This document shows, piece by piece, positions 1-10,677 of a stretch of 64,000 nucleotides of DNA. Made by a program: the position numbers and the translations under genes. The notes under the pieces are model-generated. The model did not search any database and was not told where the DNA came from. It saw only the letters and a list, made by a program, of their open reading frames with translations. How positions within the stretch are numbered: the first letter of the stretch is position 1; each line of letters opens with the position of its first letter. Origin of the DNA: Rubripirellula sp. (GTDB lineage: Bacteria > Planctomycetota > Planctomycetia > Pirellulales > Pirellulaceae); the NCBI GenBank assembly GCA_965216875.1, contig OZ244207.1, forward strand, positions 5,248,001 through 5,312,000, written 5' to 3'.

Positions 1-792
1 CTTGTACAAGTCTTTGTCAATGTCGCCGGAGTCATCAACATCCCACGCGTCGAGGATTGCGGCGGCCAGAACAACGTGGCCTTCGTGAAAAACATGCACA
101 CCGTCGGGAGACATCACATACTCGGGATCAGCCTTGCGTTTGTTAGCCAGATAGACTGTGACCGGCGTGTAGAGATCGATCACCATTTCGACCTCGTCGC
201 TTTTTGATTTCACGTAGGCCGCAAACTCGGACATCACGTCGTTGTAATTCTCGTAGATCTGATTCCACGAGTACTTCGGTGCGCCGCTGGGAAGCAGTTT
301 GCCTTTCTTTCGAAATGGCAGCGGATCGTAAGCGGGCGGTGTCATCAGGATCAGCTTCGCTCCCGATGCGTGCACCTTTTTGATGATGCCGTCGATACCC
401 TTCTTGTAGGCATCAAGTCGCTCTTTGCTTGGCGGATAGTAGATGCCGTCGTTCATGCCATAACAGGCAACAACGACATCGGGCTTCATCTTTTCGAGTG
501 CGCGCTCGAGTCGTTCGTGGACGTTCGGACGTGGGAACGGATGGTCTGGTTCGGACATTCCGTTGCAGGTCTCACTGGGCAAACCCATGTTGATCAGCTC
601 GGGAACTTCCTTGCCGGCCATCCGAAGGCGCGTTTCAACCACCGAAATGTAGTCGCCCGCGTTAGTGATCGAGTCACCGAAGAACACAATCCGTTTACCT
701 TGCAATGGAAATTGCTGTTCGGATTGAGCGGTGTTGCAGACTACAAGTGACAGCAGCAAAGTGGTGGCGGCCGAAAGCAAGCTCGTTCTCAT
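1..792 (-). CDS. SGNH/GDSL hydrolase family protein with signal peptide (3' end runs off the window)
   Basis: Manual translation from ATG at 792: MRTSLLSAATTLLLSLVVCNTAQSEQQFPLQGKRIVFFGDSITNAGDY (GDS block I). Later CYGMNDG (block III) and DGVH (block V). Absent from the ORF track because it is truncated. Confidence 0.88.
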   Translation of the reverse strand, partial: MRTSLLSAATTLLLSLVVCNTAQSEQQFPLQGKRIVFFGDSITNAGDYISVVETRLRMAGKEVPELINMGLPSETCNGMSEPDHPFPRPNVHERLERALEKMKPDVVVACYGMNDGIYYPPSKERLDAYKKGIDGIIKKVHASGAKLILMTPPAYDPLPFRKKGKLLPSGAPKYSWNQIYENYNDVMSEFAAYVKSKSDEVEMVIDLYTPVTVYLANKRKADPEYVMSPDGVHVFHEGHVVLAAAILDAWDVDDSGDIDKDLYK

Positions 793-838
793 GGATTCAT
801 CTCTTCTCGGACAATTGCGAGTGACTTGTTGTGCACGA

Positions 839-3055
839 TTATGCAGCGCCAATGCCGGCCAACCAGACCAGGAGGCTGATGATCACGACACATACTAGAC
901 AGGCCGCGACGAAACCGACCACATCTTTGGTCGTCGGCCAAACAAATTCCCAATCACTTTGGGGCATGATCTTGCGAGATGCCGCTTGCTGGGGATTCTG
1001 GTAGGCGGCCTCGATCGCCGCTTGGTCTTCCTTGGGGTCTGCCAAAACGGGTGTGTTCATTTTTGCAAAATACTGGTCGAGCGCCTGCTTGCTGCCGCGC
1101 GGCGTGATGTAGCTGAGCAACACGAGCACAAGGAACGGCGTGAGCACGCGGGCGGGCAAACGCAACGTTTCCAACGTCGCCTTCGATGCTCCGCTCAAGT
1201 CGATCCCGACAGCTGAATAAAGCAGCATGTCGATATTGAGCGAGCCTTGCCCCGTTTGATCGCCCACGCGACGTTGCCGCTGAATTGTCGCGCCGTCAAC
1301 CGTCTCAGTGCCGATCTCTTCGTATTTCGGCTCGGCGGCGTCTATCTTGTCCGGAGACTCAGCAACCGGCATCACGCCGCCGCGCCAAAAGATCGACTTA
1401 TCACCCGATGTCGATTCGATCTTGGCTTCTTCGCCTTCGACTGCCGCTGGCGGTTTGGGACCGAGCAACTTTTTCTTTGCTTCGTACGCTTTGGTTGCGT
1501 CGGGATCGTCATTACTTTCAGCCAGTCCCGCTTCGATCACGCTGGATGCCTCAACCCAGGCTTCGTACCGCGCGACGTCTGCTGCCGTTGCAACTCGCGT
1601 GAACGTCTTGGTAACCCGATCGGTGGTGGTTGCGAGCGATTGGTTGTTTCGAATCTGGGGCATCATCATCGGCAATGCCCATGGCACGACGAAGAACGTG
1701 ATTGCTGAAACCAAGATCGTTCCCCAGACCGCAGTCCGATTGGCGCGTCGCCAGTACATTCCGATCCAGAACGGAGCAGCAAACAGGATTGGCAATTCAA
1801 CAGCCAGCTTGAACTGCCCAAACACGTCACCGACCACCAACGCGACAACCGAGGCGCCGACAATGATCACCAAGCCAGTCAAGCGACCAACCAATACGTA
1901 TCGCTTTTCACTCGCGTTCGAATCGATGTAGGGCTTGTAGACATTTCGCACAACCAGCGCCGATGTGACGATCATGTAAGTGTCAGCCGAACTCATCATT
2001 GCCGCGAGCAGACAGGCGAGCATCAAACCAACCAGGCCAAGATTCAACGGTCCCAAAATCTCGCGTGCGGCCACGCCCCAAACCCAATCGGGGTCCGACG
2101 CGATGTCAACGTTCCCGGCAAGAAGTGCAAGGGCGATCAAGGCGGTCAGAGCCCAACCGACCGTGCAAAGCCGTTTTAAGAAGTTACCGACCACCAATCC
2201 GATACGCGCTTCGTCTTCGGTCTTGGCCGAGCCACCGCCGGTTGCAATGAAGTGCGGCTGGACAACGATGCCGACCATCGCCAGGATCGAGAGCGACACA
2301 ATGTATTGGAGATTAAATTCACCACTACTCGGGCCGGAAAAGAGGCTGAAGTAATCGGCGGAAACACGCTCGTGCATGATCCGAAACCCGTCCATCATCG
2401 TCTGTTGTCCCGGGTCACCAAACTTCTCGGCGATCGCCCACAAGCCGTAGGGGATCAGGAGGACGGACAACAAAATGATGAAGAGACCTTGAATCAGGTC
2501 GGTCCAATATGCGGCGGTCAGACCACCCAAAACGCCATAAACAATCACAACGCCAGCGATCGCGGGAATCAAAACGTATTTCAGTTCGACCTCAAGCCAA
2601 GGCACCGTTTCGACGTTCATCAGCGGCACAGCGAATTTTGCAATCGCCGACAACATCGTCGAGAGATAAAACATGTAGAACACAATCGCAAACAGCGTGT
2701 AGGCGACGCCAAGGGCGCGCGATTCATAGCGTTCGACGAACCAGTCACCAAGTGTCAAGTGACGCATGCGGCGATACCACACCGCGGTGATCCAATAGAC
2801 CGGCGTGACGAACAACCACATCAGCGCCGACCAGACTCCGCTGAGTCCGCTTGTCCACCCCGTGCGGCCAACCTGGACCGGTTCGTGGGCCCCCGTGCCG
2901 GCACCGAAGGCTGCAAATGTTTGCAGGAGTTTTCCGAAACCGCGTCCGCCCATGAAGTAATCTTCTTGGTCGGAAACGCGTCGCATCGCCCAAAGACCGA
3001 TCGCGACCATCACCACGAAATAGGTGATCAAGACGACATAGTCGATCAAAGTCAT
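839..3055 (-). CDS. Sodium:solute symporter (SSS) family protein
   Basis: N-terminal 'IDYVVLITYFVVMVAIG...EDYFMGGR', 'YGVLGGLTAAYWTDLIQG', 'LLAAMMSSADT'; many TM segments; large soluble loop before the last helices. Confidence 0.92.
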   Translation of the reverse strand: MTLIDYVVLITYFVVMVAIGLWAMRRVSDQEDYFMGGRGFGKLLQTFAAFGAGTGAHEPVQVGRTGWTSGLSGVWSALMWLFVTPVYWITAVWYRRMRHLTLGDWFVERYESRALGVAYTLFAIVFYMFYLSTMLSAIAKFAVPLMNVETVPWLEVELKYVLIPAIAGVVIVYGVLGGLTAAYWTDLIQGLFIILLSVLLIPYGLWAIAEKFGDPGQQTMMDGFRIMHERVSADYFSLFSGPSSGEFNLQYIVSLSILAMVGIVVQPHFIATGGGSAKTEDEARIGLVVGNFLKRLCTVGWALTALIALALLAGNVDIASDPDWVWGVAAREILGPLNLGLVGLMLACLLAAMMSSADTYMIVTSALVVRNVYKPYIDSNASEKRYVLVGRLTGLVIIVGASVVALVVGDVFGQFKLAVELPILFAAPFWIGMYWRRANRTAVWGTILVSAITFFVVPWALPMMMPQIRNNQSLATTTDRVTKTFTRVATAADVARYEAWVEASSVIEAGLAESNDDPDATKAYEAKKKLLGPKPPAAVEGEEAKIESTSGDKSIFWRGGVMPVAESPDKIDAAEPKYEEIGTETVDGATIQRQRRVGDQTGQGSLNIDMLLYSAVGIDLSGASKATLETLRLPARVLTPFLVLVLLSYITPRGSKQALDQYFAKMNTPVLADPKEDQAAIEAAYQNPQQAASRKIMPQSDWEFVWPTTKDVVGFVAACLVCVVIISLLVWLAGIGAA

Positions 3056-3193
3056 GGTGTGCCCTGAGTAGGAGGGGGGAGGGGGAAGATACCGGCAAAA
3101 CCGCGGTTTCTTCGTTGCGTGGTGGGAACAACAGCGTAACCGAAATCACACCGTCGGTTGTCGATCGGGCGGATGCCGACTACGAATAGACTC

Positions 3194-5131
3194 ATGACAT
3201 CGCATTCAAGCCGACAACGTTTTACCGACTACCGCCAAGAAGTCCGCGAGCGAAACGCGCGCGGCGAAGTCCCCGCGCCTCATGGTCGCGGCGATCGCAA
3301 TCCCAAGAAACTCGGTGAACGCGACCGAAGCTTTTGGGAGTTATTTCGGTCCTTCCTTGGATTGATCCACGGTCATCGCGGGACGATCGCGATCGCTCTT
3401 TCCATGCTGACGGTCAGCATTGGGCTGCGGCTTGTTCCACCCATCGGGACCAAGCTTGCCATCGACGTCGCGTTGACCGATCCTCCCAAGCCCATGCCCG
3501 AGTGGTTGGATACGCTTGCCCTGCCAACGTCGCCGATGTCACTTCTGTGGTCGATCGCGGCGATTGTTGTCGCTGTGACACTTGTGGCCACGTTCATCCA
3601 TTTGACCAGTCGCTGGATGGCGACCAAAGCGGTCAACAAGACCCAGGTCTCGATCCGCCGCGAAGTCTTTGATCACGCGATCAAAATGCCACTTCATAAT
3701 GTGCACGACATGAAGAGTGGCGGCGCAGCGAGTTTGCTGAGAGAAGATGCCGGCGGTGTTGCCGATCTGATCTTCAGCATGCTGTACAACCCTTGGCGAG
3801 CCATCGTTCAGTTTATCGGTTCGCTGATCATCCTGATGCTCGTCGATTGGAAGTTGATGGCGGGTGGACTCTTGCTGTTGCCAATCGTTTGGGTCACCCA
3901 TCGAACATGGATCAACCGCATCCGTCCTCTCTACCGCGATATCCGCAAGCAGCGACAGCGCATCGATTCAAACGCGACGGAAACGTTTGGTGGTATTCGC
4001 GTGGTGCGAACCTTTTCGCGTGGACGAAGTGAATCGACTCGTTTTGTGCGCGAAGGCGATTTCCTCGTCCGACAACAACTCTTCACATGGTGGTGGACTC
4101 GGATCATCGAGACGATTTGGGAAGTCGTGATCCCATTGGCGTCGACCGGCCTGTTGCTTTATGGCGGTTACCAAATCATCGGTGGTGAACTGACCCTTGG
4201 TGATTTGATGATGTTCTTGGTCTACCTGACGATGCTGCTTGATCCGCTTGCGACGATCGCGGCAAGCGCGGTTGGTTTTCAAAACAACCTCGCAGGCCTT
4301 GATCGAATTCTCGATGTCTTGGAAATCGACGAAGAACTGCCGAGTACCGAAACCGCCGTGGAACTCAAACGCGGCGAAGTCGAAGGGGCCATTTCGATCC
4401 GAGACGTTTCGTTTTCGTATCCAAGTAGCGACGCGGTCGTTTTGCACGGGATCGATCTTGAAATCGAAGCAGGACAAACGGTCGCGTTGGTTGGGCGTAG
4501 CGGCGCCGGAAAAACCACACTCACCAACCTGGTCGCTCGGTTCTATGACCCGGCATCGGGATCGATCTCGCTGGACGGTCGAAACCTGCGCGACATCAAA
4601 CTAGATAGTTACCGGCAACTCTTGGGCATGGTCGAACAAGATGTCTTTTTGTTTGACGGCACGATTCGCGACAACATCGCTTATGCCCAGCGACGAGCGA
4701 CGGACGAAGCGGTCGTGAAGGCGGCCGAAGCTGCAGCGGCCGACGAATTCATTCGAAAACTCCCCGATGGCTACGATTCGGTGATCGGCGAGCGGGGCGT
4801 CAAACTTTCGGGTGGGCAACGACAACGCATTGCCATTGCCCGCGCGATCCTTGCCGACCCCAAGATCTTGATTCTCGATGAAGCGACCAGCAACCTCGAC
4901 AGTGAAAGTGAGCGGCTGATTCAAGAGAGCTTGGCTGAACTTCTAGAAGACCGAACCGCGTTCGTGATCGCTCATCGGCTGAGCACGATTGCAGGAGCTG
5001 ACAAGATCGTGGTGCTCGACGAGGGTCGGATCATCGAGGTCGGCACTCACGAGGAACTTTTACAGAGGGACGGTGTTTACCGGGACATGGTGCAATTGCA
5101 GATGAGCGATTCCGTGCCCGTACGAAGCTAA
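3194..5131 (+). CDS. ABC exporter, fused permease/ATP-binding (MsbA/MdlB-like)
   Basis: TM domain followed by Walker A GRSGAGKT, signature LSGGQRQR, Walker B ILILDEAT and H-loop IAHRLST; ATG 3194 preferred. Confidence 0.93.
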   Translation: MTSHSSRQRFTDYRQEVRERNARGEVPAPHGRGDRNPKKLGERDRSFWELFRSFLGLIHGHRGTIAIALSMLTVSIGLRLVPPIGTKLAIDVALTDPPKPMPEWLDTLALPTSPMSLLWSIAAIVVAVTLVATFIHLTSRWMATKAVNKTQVSIRREVFDHAIKMPLHNVHDMKSGGAASLLREDAGGVADLIFSMLYNPWRAIVQFIGSLIILMLVDWKLMAGGLLLLPIVWVTHRTWINRIRPLYRDIRKQRQRIDSNATETFGGIRVVRTFSRGRSESTRFVREGDFLVRQQLFTWWWTRIIETIWEVVIPLASTGLLLYGGYQIIGGELTLGDLMMFLVYLTMLLDPLATIAASAVGFQNNLAGLDRILDVLEIDEELPSTETAVELKRGEVEGAISIRDVSFSYPSSDAVVLHGIDLEIEAGQTVALVGRSGAGKTTLTNLVARFYDPASGSISLDGRNLRDIKLDSYRQLLGMVEQDVFLFDGTIRDNIAYAQRRATDEAVVKAAEAAAADEFIRKLPDGYDSVIGERGVKLSGGQRQRIAIARAILADPKILILDEATSNLDSESERLIQESLAELLEDRTAFVIAHRLSTIAGADKIVVLDEGRIIEVGTHEELLQRDGVYRDMVQLQMSDSVPVRS

Positions 5132-5216
5132 CCTTGCGACGTCGTGGACGCGGTAGAATCGTGACCTCACCCCTTCCGCAGCCCGCCTTACCCTTTACTG
5201 CAGCAACGACGAGCCC

Positions 5217-6518
5217 ATGAACCGATCACTTCTGCCATCCCAACTCGCCCTCATTGTGTTCTGCGTTACAGTCTCGCTGGGCCCAGTCGCTCTTTGTAAC
5301 GAAACCGATTGGGCACAGTGGCGTGGCCCTGATCGCGACGGACACGCCGCAGATCAATCGTTGCTGAAAAGCTGGCCCGAAGGTGGGCCGAAACTGAAGT
5401 GGACGTTTTCCGATTCGGGCGTGGGTTATTCTTCGGTCGCGATCTCAGACGGGTTCCTGTACACGATGGGCTCGGACAAAGAGAACTGCTATGTCATTTG
5501 TGTCGATGCCAAGACCGGTACGGAGTCATGGCGTCAATCGATTTCACGTGCTGGCGTCAACGGCGACTACTTGGGTGGTTGGGGCGTTGGGCCACGAAGC
5601 ACGCCAACCATCGATGGCGGACAAGTCTTTGCATTGAGTGATGTTGGCACGCTCGCCTGTTTGACACTCAAAGGTGACATCACTTGGAGCGTCGACTTGG
5701 TCGCTGATTATGGCGGATCGATTCCCAAATGGGGTTACAGTGAGTCGCCACTGATTGATGGCAACCGTGTTGTGGTCACGCCAGGCGGAGACAACTTCAT
5801 GATTGCCCTCGACCGCAAGTCGGGCGATAAGATTTGGGGCAGCTCGGGCGACACACCGGTCGCCGAGTACGTTTCGGTGATGAAGGGCAGGGTAGGGGAG
5901 ACCAATTACTACGTGACAGCCAGTACGCCAGGTCTCCTTGCCTTTGACTGCGAAAGTGGCAAACAACTCTTCAGCGATGAAGCCACCGGCAATCCGACCG
6001 CTGTCATCCCAACGCCGATCATCACCGGTGACCTGCTGTACCACACCAGCGACTACGGCGCGGGCAACACGCTGTTGAAACTCTCATCAAATAGCGAGGG
6101 TATCGACGCGGAATCGGTCTACGCTCTGCAAGGCAAGACAATGCTGAATCATCACGGCGGCGTGGTGTTGGTCGACGGAACCATTTACGGATTCAGCAAA
6201 ATGAATGGCGGCGTTTGGATGGCGCAAGATCTTGAGTCGGGTGACCTGCTTTGGAACGAAAAGATTGGGCGTAACCGAAGCGGTTCGATCTGTTACGCCG
6301 ACGGCATGCTCTATTGCTACAACGACAAAGACGGCAGTGTCCATTTGACCGAAGCAAGCCGAGATGGTTGGTCTTCCAAAGGAAGCGTTACGCTACCCAA
6401 GCAAACGGACATTCCCCGTGACCGCGGTGCCATCTGGGCTCATCCGATCGTTGCCAATCAAATGTTGATCATTCGCGACCAGGATTTGATCTACGCCTTC
6501 GACATTGCCGGCGACTGA
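5217..6518 (+). CDS. PQQ-binding-like beta-propeller repeat protein (planctomycete BamB-like family)
   Basis: Signal peptide, then DWAQWRGPDRDG, WGYSESPLIDG, WAHPIVAN. Confidence 0.88.
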   Translation: MNRSLLPSQLALIVFCVTVSLGPVALCNETDWAQWRGPDRDGHAADQSLLKSWPEGGPKLKWTFSDSGVGYSSVAISDGFLYTMGSDKENCYVICVDAKTGTESWRQSISRAGVNGDYLGGWGVGPRSTPTIDGGQVFALSDVGTLACLTLKGDITWSVDLVADYGGSIPKWGYSESPLIDGNRVVVTPGGDNFMIALDRKSGDKIWGSSGDTPVAEYVSVMKGRVGETNYYVTASTPGLLAFDCESGKQLFSDEATGNPTAVIPTPIITGDLLYHTSDYGAGNTLLKLSSNSEGIDAESVYALQGKTMLNHHGGVVLVDGTIYGFSKMNGGVWMAQDLESGDLLWNEKIGRNRSGSICYADGMLYCYNDKDGSVHLTEASRDGWSSKGSVTLPKQTDIPRDRGAIWAHPIVANQMLIIRDQDLIYAFDIAGD

Positions 6519-6618
6519 GTGGACGAGCTCTGAAACGTCAGCATGGTCGTCGCCCGACTCATCGTGGTGGGACCTACAATGGCACTCTTCCGGTAAAGGT
6601 AGCGACGAGGAGATTGTC

Positions 6619-6861
6619 ATGAGCGTTGAATTGTTGACTCAGTTCCTGATGTGGTGTTCGATCATCAATGTGGGGCTGCTGTTGTTTTGGACCGCCGTTC
6701 TCTCGGCGGCGCCCGATTTCGCATACAAACTCCAGCGTCGTTGGTTCCCGCTTTCTCAGGAATCTTGGTCGACGGTGATGTACGGTTTTTTGGGATTGTT
6801 CAAGATTTTCGTGATCATCTTCAACATCGTTCCGTACATCGCGATGCTAATCGTCACGTGA
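6619..6861 (+). CDS. Small membrane protein (DUF6868-like)
   Basis: GAGGAG RBS before ATG 6619; MSVELLTQFLMWCSIINVGLLLFW...YGFLGLFKIFVIIFNIVPYIA. Confidence 0.7.
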   Translation: MSVELLTQFLMWCSIINVGLLLFWTAVLSAAPDFAYKLQRRWFPLSQESWSTVMYGFLGLFKIFVIIFNIVPYIAMLIVT

Positions 6862-7009
6862 TTTGCGACGGTTTAGGGTGCTCCCGTTGGCTGGCGCAAT
6901 TGAAGTTCGTCAGCTGAGACCGACTTGGTAGAATGAGAGGTCGGTCAAGCTAGCGGGCCGTTCCCCATGGCCCGTTCCCCACCGAATGCCTTCCCTTGCA
7001 GGTGCCAAC

Positions 7010-8083
7010 ATGGATTCCAAAATCTCACGAAGAAACTGGATTCGCCAAGCGGCCGCAGTTTCTGCCATCGGTGCCTATGGCTTGGCCGGGGCGCGGCAAG
7101 CGAGCGCGTATCCGCAGGCTGCCGATGGATCGGATCGGCGCACGCGATGGAACGAATCGATCAGCAAAGGACTCAATTGGCTCGCGAAAACTCAATCGTC
7201 ACGCGGACAGTGGAACACTCAGGTCTATCCGACGGCAATGGCCGCGTTGGCTGGCACGGCGATGATCGCCAGCGGAAGCACAACCACGCAAGGGCCGTAC
7301 GCGCGTGAGATTGGTCGCGCGTGCGATTACTTGATCAGTAAGAGTCGTGACAATGGATTGATCGGTGACCCTCAAACCGATTCACGCTACACCTACGGGC
7401 ACGGCTTTTCGATGCTGTTCCTTTCGCAGGTGCTCGGCGAGGAGGGGTTGCTTGATCGTCGCGAAGAATTGGTCGAAGTGCTCACCAAAGCGGTCGAGTT
7501 CAGCGGGAACGCTCAAACGGATGCTGGCGGTTGGGGCTACGTCTCGGCTCGCGAAGGAAACGACTTTGACGAAGGCTCGACGACCATCACTCAAGTGCAA
7601 GGTCTCCGTGGTTGTCGCAACGCTGGCATTCCTGTCAGCGGCACGGTGATCACCAAAGCGAAAGAATACATCTACGGATGCAAGAATCCCGACGGTGGCA
7701 TCAGCTACAGCAGTCGACAAAAGGGAAGTAGCCGACCCGCGATCACGGCCGCGGCGCTCGCGGCACTTTACAACGCTGGCGACTACGACAGCGAGCACGT
7801 TCCCGAAATGTGGAAGTATGCCAAGGAAGAACTGCACGACATCAGCGACGGCACGCGCGCTTTCGGACACTGGCACTACACCTACCTGTACTACAGCCAA
7901 GTGGTTTACCGCCAAGGTGATGAGCTTTGGAAACCCTTCCGCGATCGCCTGTACGATCGCATCGTCAGCCAACAACGGCCCGACGGGTTTTGGGAAGGAC
8001 AAATCCACCCGGTCTACGTGACCGCATGCAATCTGGTCATGATGCAACTCGACCGCGGATACCTACCGATCTATCAGCGGTAG
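7010..8083 (+). CDS. Tat-exported prenyltransferase/squalene-oxidase-repeat ((alpha/alpha) barrel) protein
   Basis: SRRNWI twin-Arg signal with AQA/ASA cleavage region; QW-like repeats (GLNWLAKTQSSRGQW, AQTDAGGWGY, QQRPDGFW); YGHGFSMLFL. Confidence 0.82.
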   Translation: MDSKISRRNWIRQAAAVSAIGAYGLAGARQASAYPQAADGSDRRTRWNESISKGLNWLAKTQSSRGQWNTQVYPTAMAALAGTAMIASGSTTTQGPYAREIGRACDYLISKSRDNGLIGDPQTDSRYTYGHGFSMLFLSQVLGEEGLLDRREELVEVLTKAVEFSGNAQTDAGGWGYVSAREGNDFDEGSTTITQVQGLRGCRNAGIPVSGTVITKAKEYIYGCKNPDGGISYSSRQKGSSRPAITAAALAALYNAGDYDSEHVPEMWKYAKEELHDISDGTRAFGHWHYTYLYYSQVVYRQGDELWKPFRDRLYDRIVSQQRPDGFWEGQIHPVYVTACNLVMMQLDRGYLPIYQR

Positions 8084-8110
8084 TGGTCATATGAGTGTCT
8101 GCCGACGTTT

Positions 8111-8303
8111 GTAGTCCCGCCTTTAGGCGGAATGCGTGAGCCGCTGGCCGTCAGGCCTCGGGCCTTTGTCGAACGCGAAATAGAACAAAGAAAGCCCGGC
8201 CGCTTACGCGATCGCGGCTCACAGGTGAGCGGCAAGGTCCTAGCCGCCGGATCTGCGTCGCTGTCGCTCCTTGTTCCGGCCTACGCTTCTTTTTCCGGCC
8301 TAC
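8111..8303. repeat. Composite REP-like palindromic cluster between convergent genes
   Basis: GTAGTCCCGCCTTTAGGCGGAAT (8111-8133), GTGAGCCGCTGGCCGTCAGGCC...CGCGGCTCAC (8136-8222), and two CCGGCCTAC ends; the same units recur elsewhere in the window. Confidence 0.85.
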
Positions 8304-9172
8304 GCGATTGTCTCATGCAATCCGGTCTTGCGTTGACAGACGGGGCAGAAAAAGGTGCTTCGCTGTGCTTGGACGATTCGTCGAACGTCCGCTTCGTCAC
8401 ATCGCGGGCATCTCATGTCGGCGCGATCGTAGACGCGATGGTAATTCTGATAGCCGCCGGGATCATTGAGCGCGTTTCGGTAGGTCCCGTCACTGAGCGT
8501 GCTCCCTTCGTGCCGGATCGCTTCGCCGAGCACTTCCTTGGTCGCATCCGCAATTCGTTCCCACTGGGCTTTCGACAATCGGTCACAGCGTGTGCGAGGG
8601 TCGACGCCAGCAACAAACAACAGTTCGGACGCGTACAGGTTCCCGATCCCTGCAACCGCGGCCTGGTCGAGCAGGGCGACCTTCACCGCTCGTCGACTTT
8701 TCCCGAGCGCCGATCGCAGCGACGGCCCGGTCACATTGAGAGCATCCTCACCAAGTTTTCCATCAATGAGTGTCTCAACCTCCTTGGGAAAAAGCAGGCG
8801 AACCGTCCCCAGCCCGCGGCGGTCCCAGAACAAGAGTTGCTTTGGCCCCCCATCGCCTGCCCCTCCAGCGCCGAGATGTAATCGAAGCCGCAGGTGCTCG
8901 TCGCCCGGTGGGTCGGCAAGCAGCACCAGTCCGGTCATCCGCGGCTCGATCACGATCGTTTGTCCGTCTTCAATACGAATCATCACCCGTTTGCCGCGGC
9001 GATCGACCGCATCGATTCTCTTGCCTTGAACACGTTGATTGAACGAATCGATTCGCGGTTTAAAGAGGATCGGCTTCCGTTTACAGGGAGGCCGCTCGAC
9101 CTCGCGAATCCGGCAACCGACGATTTCGAGGACACCGCGTCGCATCGTTTCGACTTCAGGAAGTTCTGGCAT
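8300..9172 (-). CDS. mutM: Formamidopyrimidine-DNA glycosylase / AP lyase
   Basis: N-terminal MPELPEVET, RRGK, GIGNLYASE, C-terminal zinc finger CPRC...CPVCQ. Confidence 0.96.
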   Translation of the reverse strand: MPELPEVETMRRGVLEIVGCRIREVERPPCKRKPILFKPRIDSFNQRVQGKRIDAVDRRGKRVMIRIEDGQTIVIEPRMTGLVLLADPPGDEHLRLRLHLGAGGAGDGGPKQLLFWDRRGLGTVRLLFPKEVETLIDGKLGEDALNVTGPSLRSALGKSRRAVKVALLDQAAVAGIGNLYASELLFVAGVDPRTRCDRLSKAQWERIADATKEVLGEAIRHEGSTLSDGTYRNALNDPGGYQNYHRVYDRADMRCPRCDEADVRRIVQAQRSTFFCPVCQRKTGLHETIA

Positions 9173-9388
9173 CAGTCATCGCTTGGGAAAACCAGGTGGC
9201 ACGTGGGAAAACCGGATGTCGGGCCGTTAGATCGATTCGAGCCGTTCCCGATGGCCTGCGTTGACCTGGAATGAGACTGTGGTGAGAATCTAGACGGATC
9301 ATACAACGATTAGCCCGGACAGGCAGTTTGCCCCGCAGTTTGCCTGTCCCAATCCCCTCGACACCCTGCTTTTTTGAACCCGCTGTCC

Positions 9389-10612
9389 ATGAGTACCACC
9401 CCGAGCCCATCCAACGCCACCGCCTCCGTTCCCGACGAGCGTGGCCGATTCGGAGGTTTTGGCGGCCGCTTCGTTCCCGAAACGCTCACACGTGCCCTGG
9501 ACCAGCTTTCTGAAGAGTACGACCGAGCCAAGACCGACCCCCAATTCCAGCGTGACCTGAATGAGCTGCTCAAAACGTTCATCGGTCGGCCGAGTCCCCT
9601 CTACCACGCCAAGCGGCTGACCGAAGCGGTTGGAGGCGCCCAAATCTGGCTCAAGCGTGAAGACGTCAATCACACCGGCGCCCACAAGATCAACAATACC
9701 GTCGGCCAAGCGTTGCTGACGCTGCGAATGGGCAAGACACGCGTGATCGCCGAAACGGGCGCGGGCCAACACGGCGTTGCCACTGCCACCGCCTGTGCCC
9801 ACTTCGGATTGCCTTGCACCGTCTACATGGGCAGCGAAGACATCCGCCGTCAAAAGCCAAACGTTTTCAGCATGAAATTGCTCGGCGCCGAAATTTGTCC
9901 CGTCGAAAGTGGCTCCAAAACGCTCCGCGATGCCGTCAACGAAGCGATGCGGGACTGGATGGCCTCGGTTGAAGACACCCACTACATCATCGGCAGCGTG
10001 ATCGGACCACACCCCTTTCCGATGATGGTTCGCGACTTTCAATCGGTGATCGGACGCGAGACGCGCGAACAATGTCGCGATTCGTTCGAGCGGCTTCCCG
10101 ATTGCGTGGTCGCATGCGTCGGCGGCGGCAGCAACGCCGCGGGTATGTTCTATCCCTTTATCGAAGATGATGGCGTTCGCTTGGTCGGCGTCGAAGCGGG
10201 CGGCCGAGGACACACTCCTGGCGACCACGCATCGCCGCTGACCTACGGAAGCCCCGGCGTGTTGCACGGCAGCTACAGCTATGTCATGCAAGACGAAGAC
10301 GGCCAAACGTGTGACGTTCATTCGATGAGCGCCGGATTGGACTACCCAGGCGTCGGTCCCGAACACAGCTATTGGAAAGAGACCGGGCGCGTTGACTACG
10401 AAGAATGTGGTGACGACGCGGCAATGGCGGCATTTGATAAACTCGCTCGCACCGAAGGGATCATTGCGGCACTCGAGTCGAGTCACGCGATTGCCAAAGC
10501 GATGGCCGTCGCCGCCGAGATGCCTTCCGATCAACACTTGGTCGTCTGCTTGTCTGGCCGCGGTGACAAAGACGCCATGGAAATCGCCCGTCTGCGTGGC
10601 GAGTCCTGGTAA
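9389..10612 (+). CDS. trpB: Tryptophan synthase beta chain
   Basis: [15 protein letters not shown] (PLP Lys), [36 protein letters not shown]. Confidence 0.97.
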   Translation: MSTTPSPSNATASVPDERGRFGGFGGRFVPETLTRALDQLSEEYDRAKTDPQFQRDLNELLKTFIGRPSPLYHAKRLTEAVGGAQIWLKREDVNHTGAHKINNTVGQALLTLRMGKTRVIAETGAGQHGVATATACAHFGLPCTVYMGSEDIRRQKPNVFSMKLLGAEICPVESGSKTLRDAVNEAMRDWMASVEDTHYIIGSVIGPHPFPMMVRDFQSVIGRETREQCRDSFERLPDCVVACVGGGSNAAGMFYPFIEDDGVRLVGVEAGGRGHTPGDHASPLTYGSPGVLHGSYSYVMQDEDGQTCDVHSMSAGLDYPGVGPEHSYWKETGRVDYEECGDDAAMAAFDKLARTEGIIAALESSHAIAKAMAVAAEMPSDQHLVVCLSGRGDKDAMEIARLRGESW

Positions 10613-10677
10613 AGTCGATTCGTTGGCAGCCAACCTTTCGACATCTCGTCCAAACTTCAAGTTCTAAGGAAAGAGCA

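Noticed and set aside
8132..8881. 249-aa plus-strand ORF starting in the repeat cluster
   Set aside because: It begins in REP sequence, is antisense to mutM and has no recognisable motifs
9299..10660. 453-aa antisense ORF over trpB (likewise 43526-44494, 14430-15299, 22559-23416 and others)
   Set aside because: Shadow ORFs typical of GC-rich coding sequence; the opposite strand encodes well-recognised proteins
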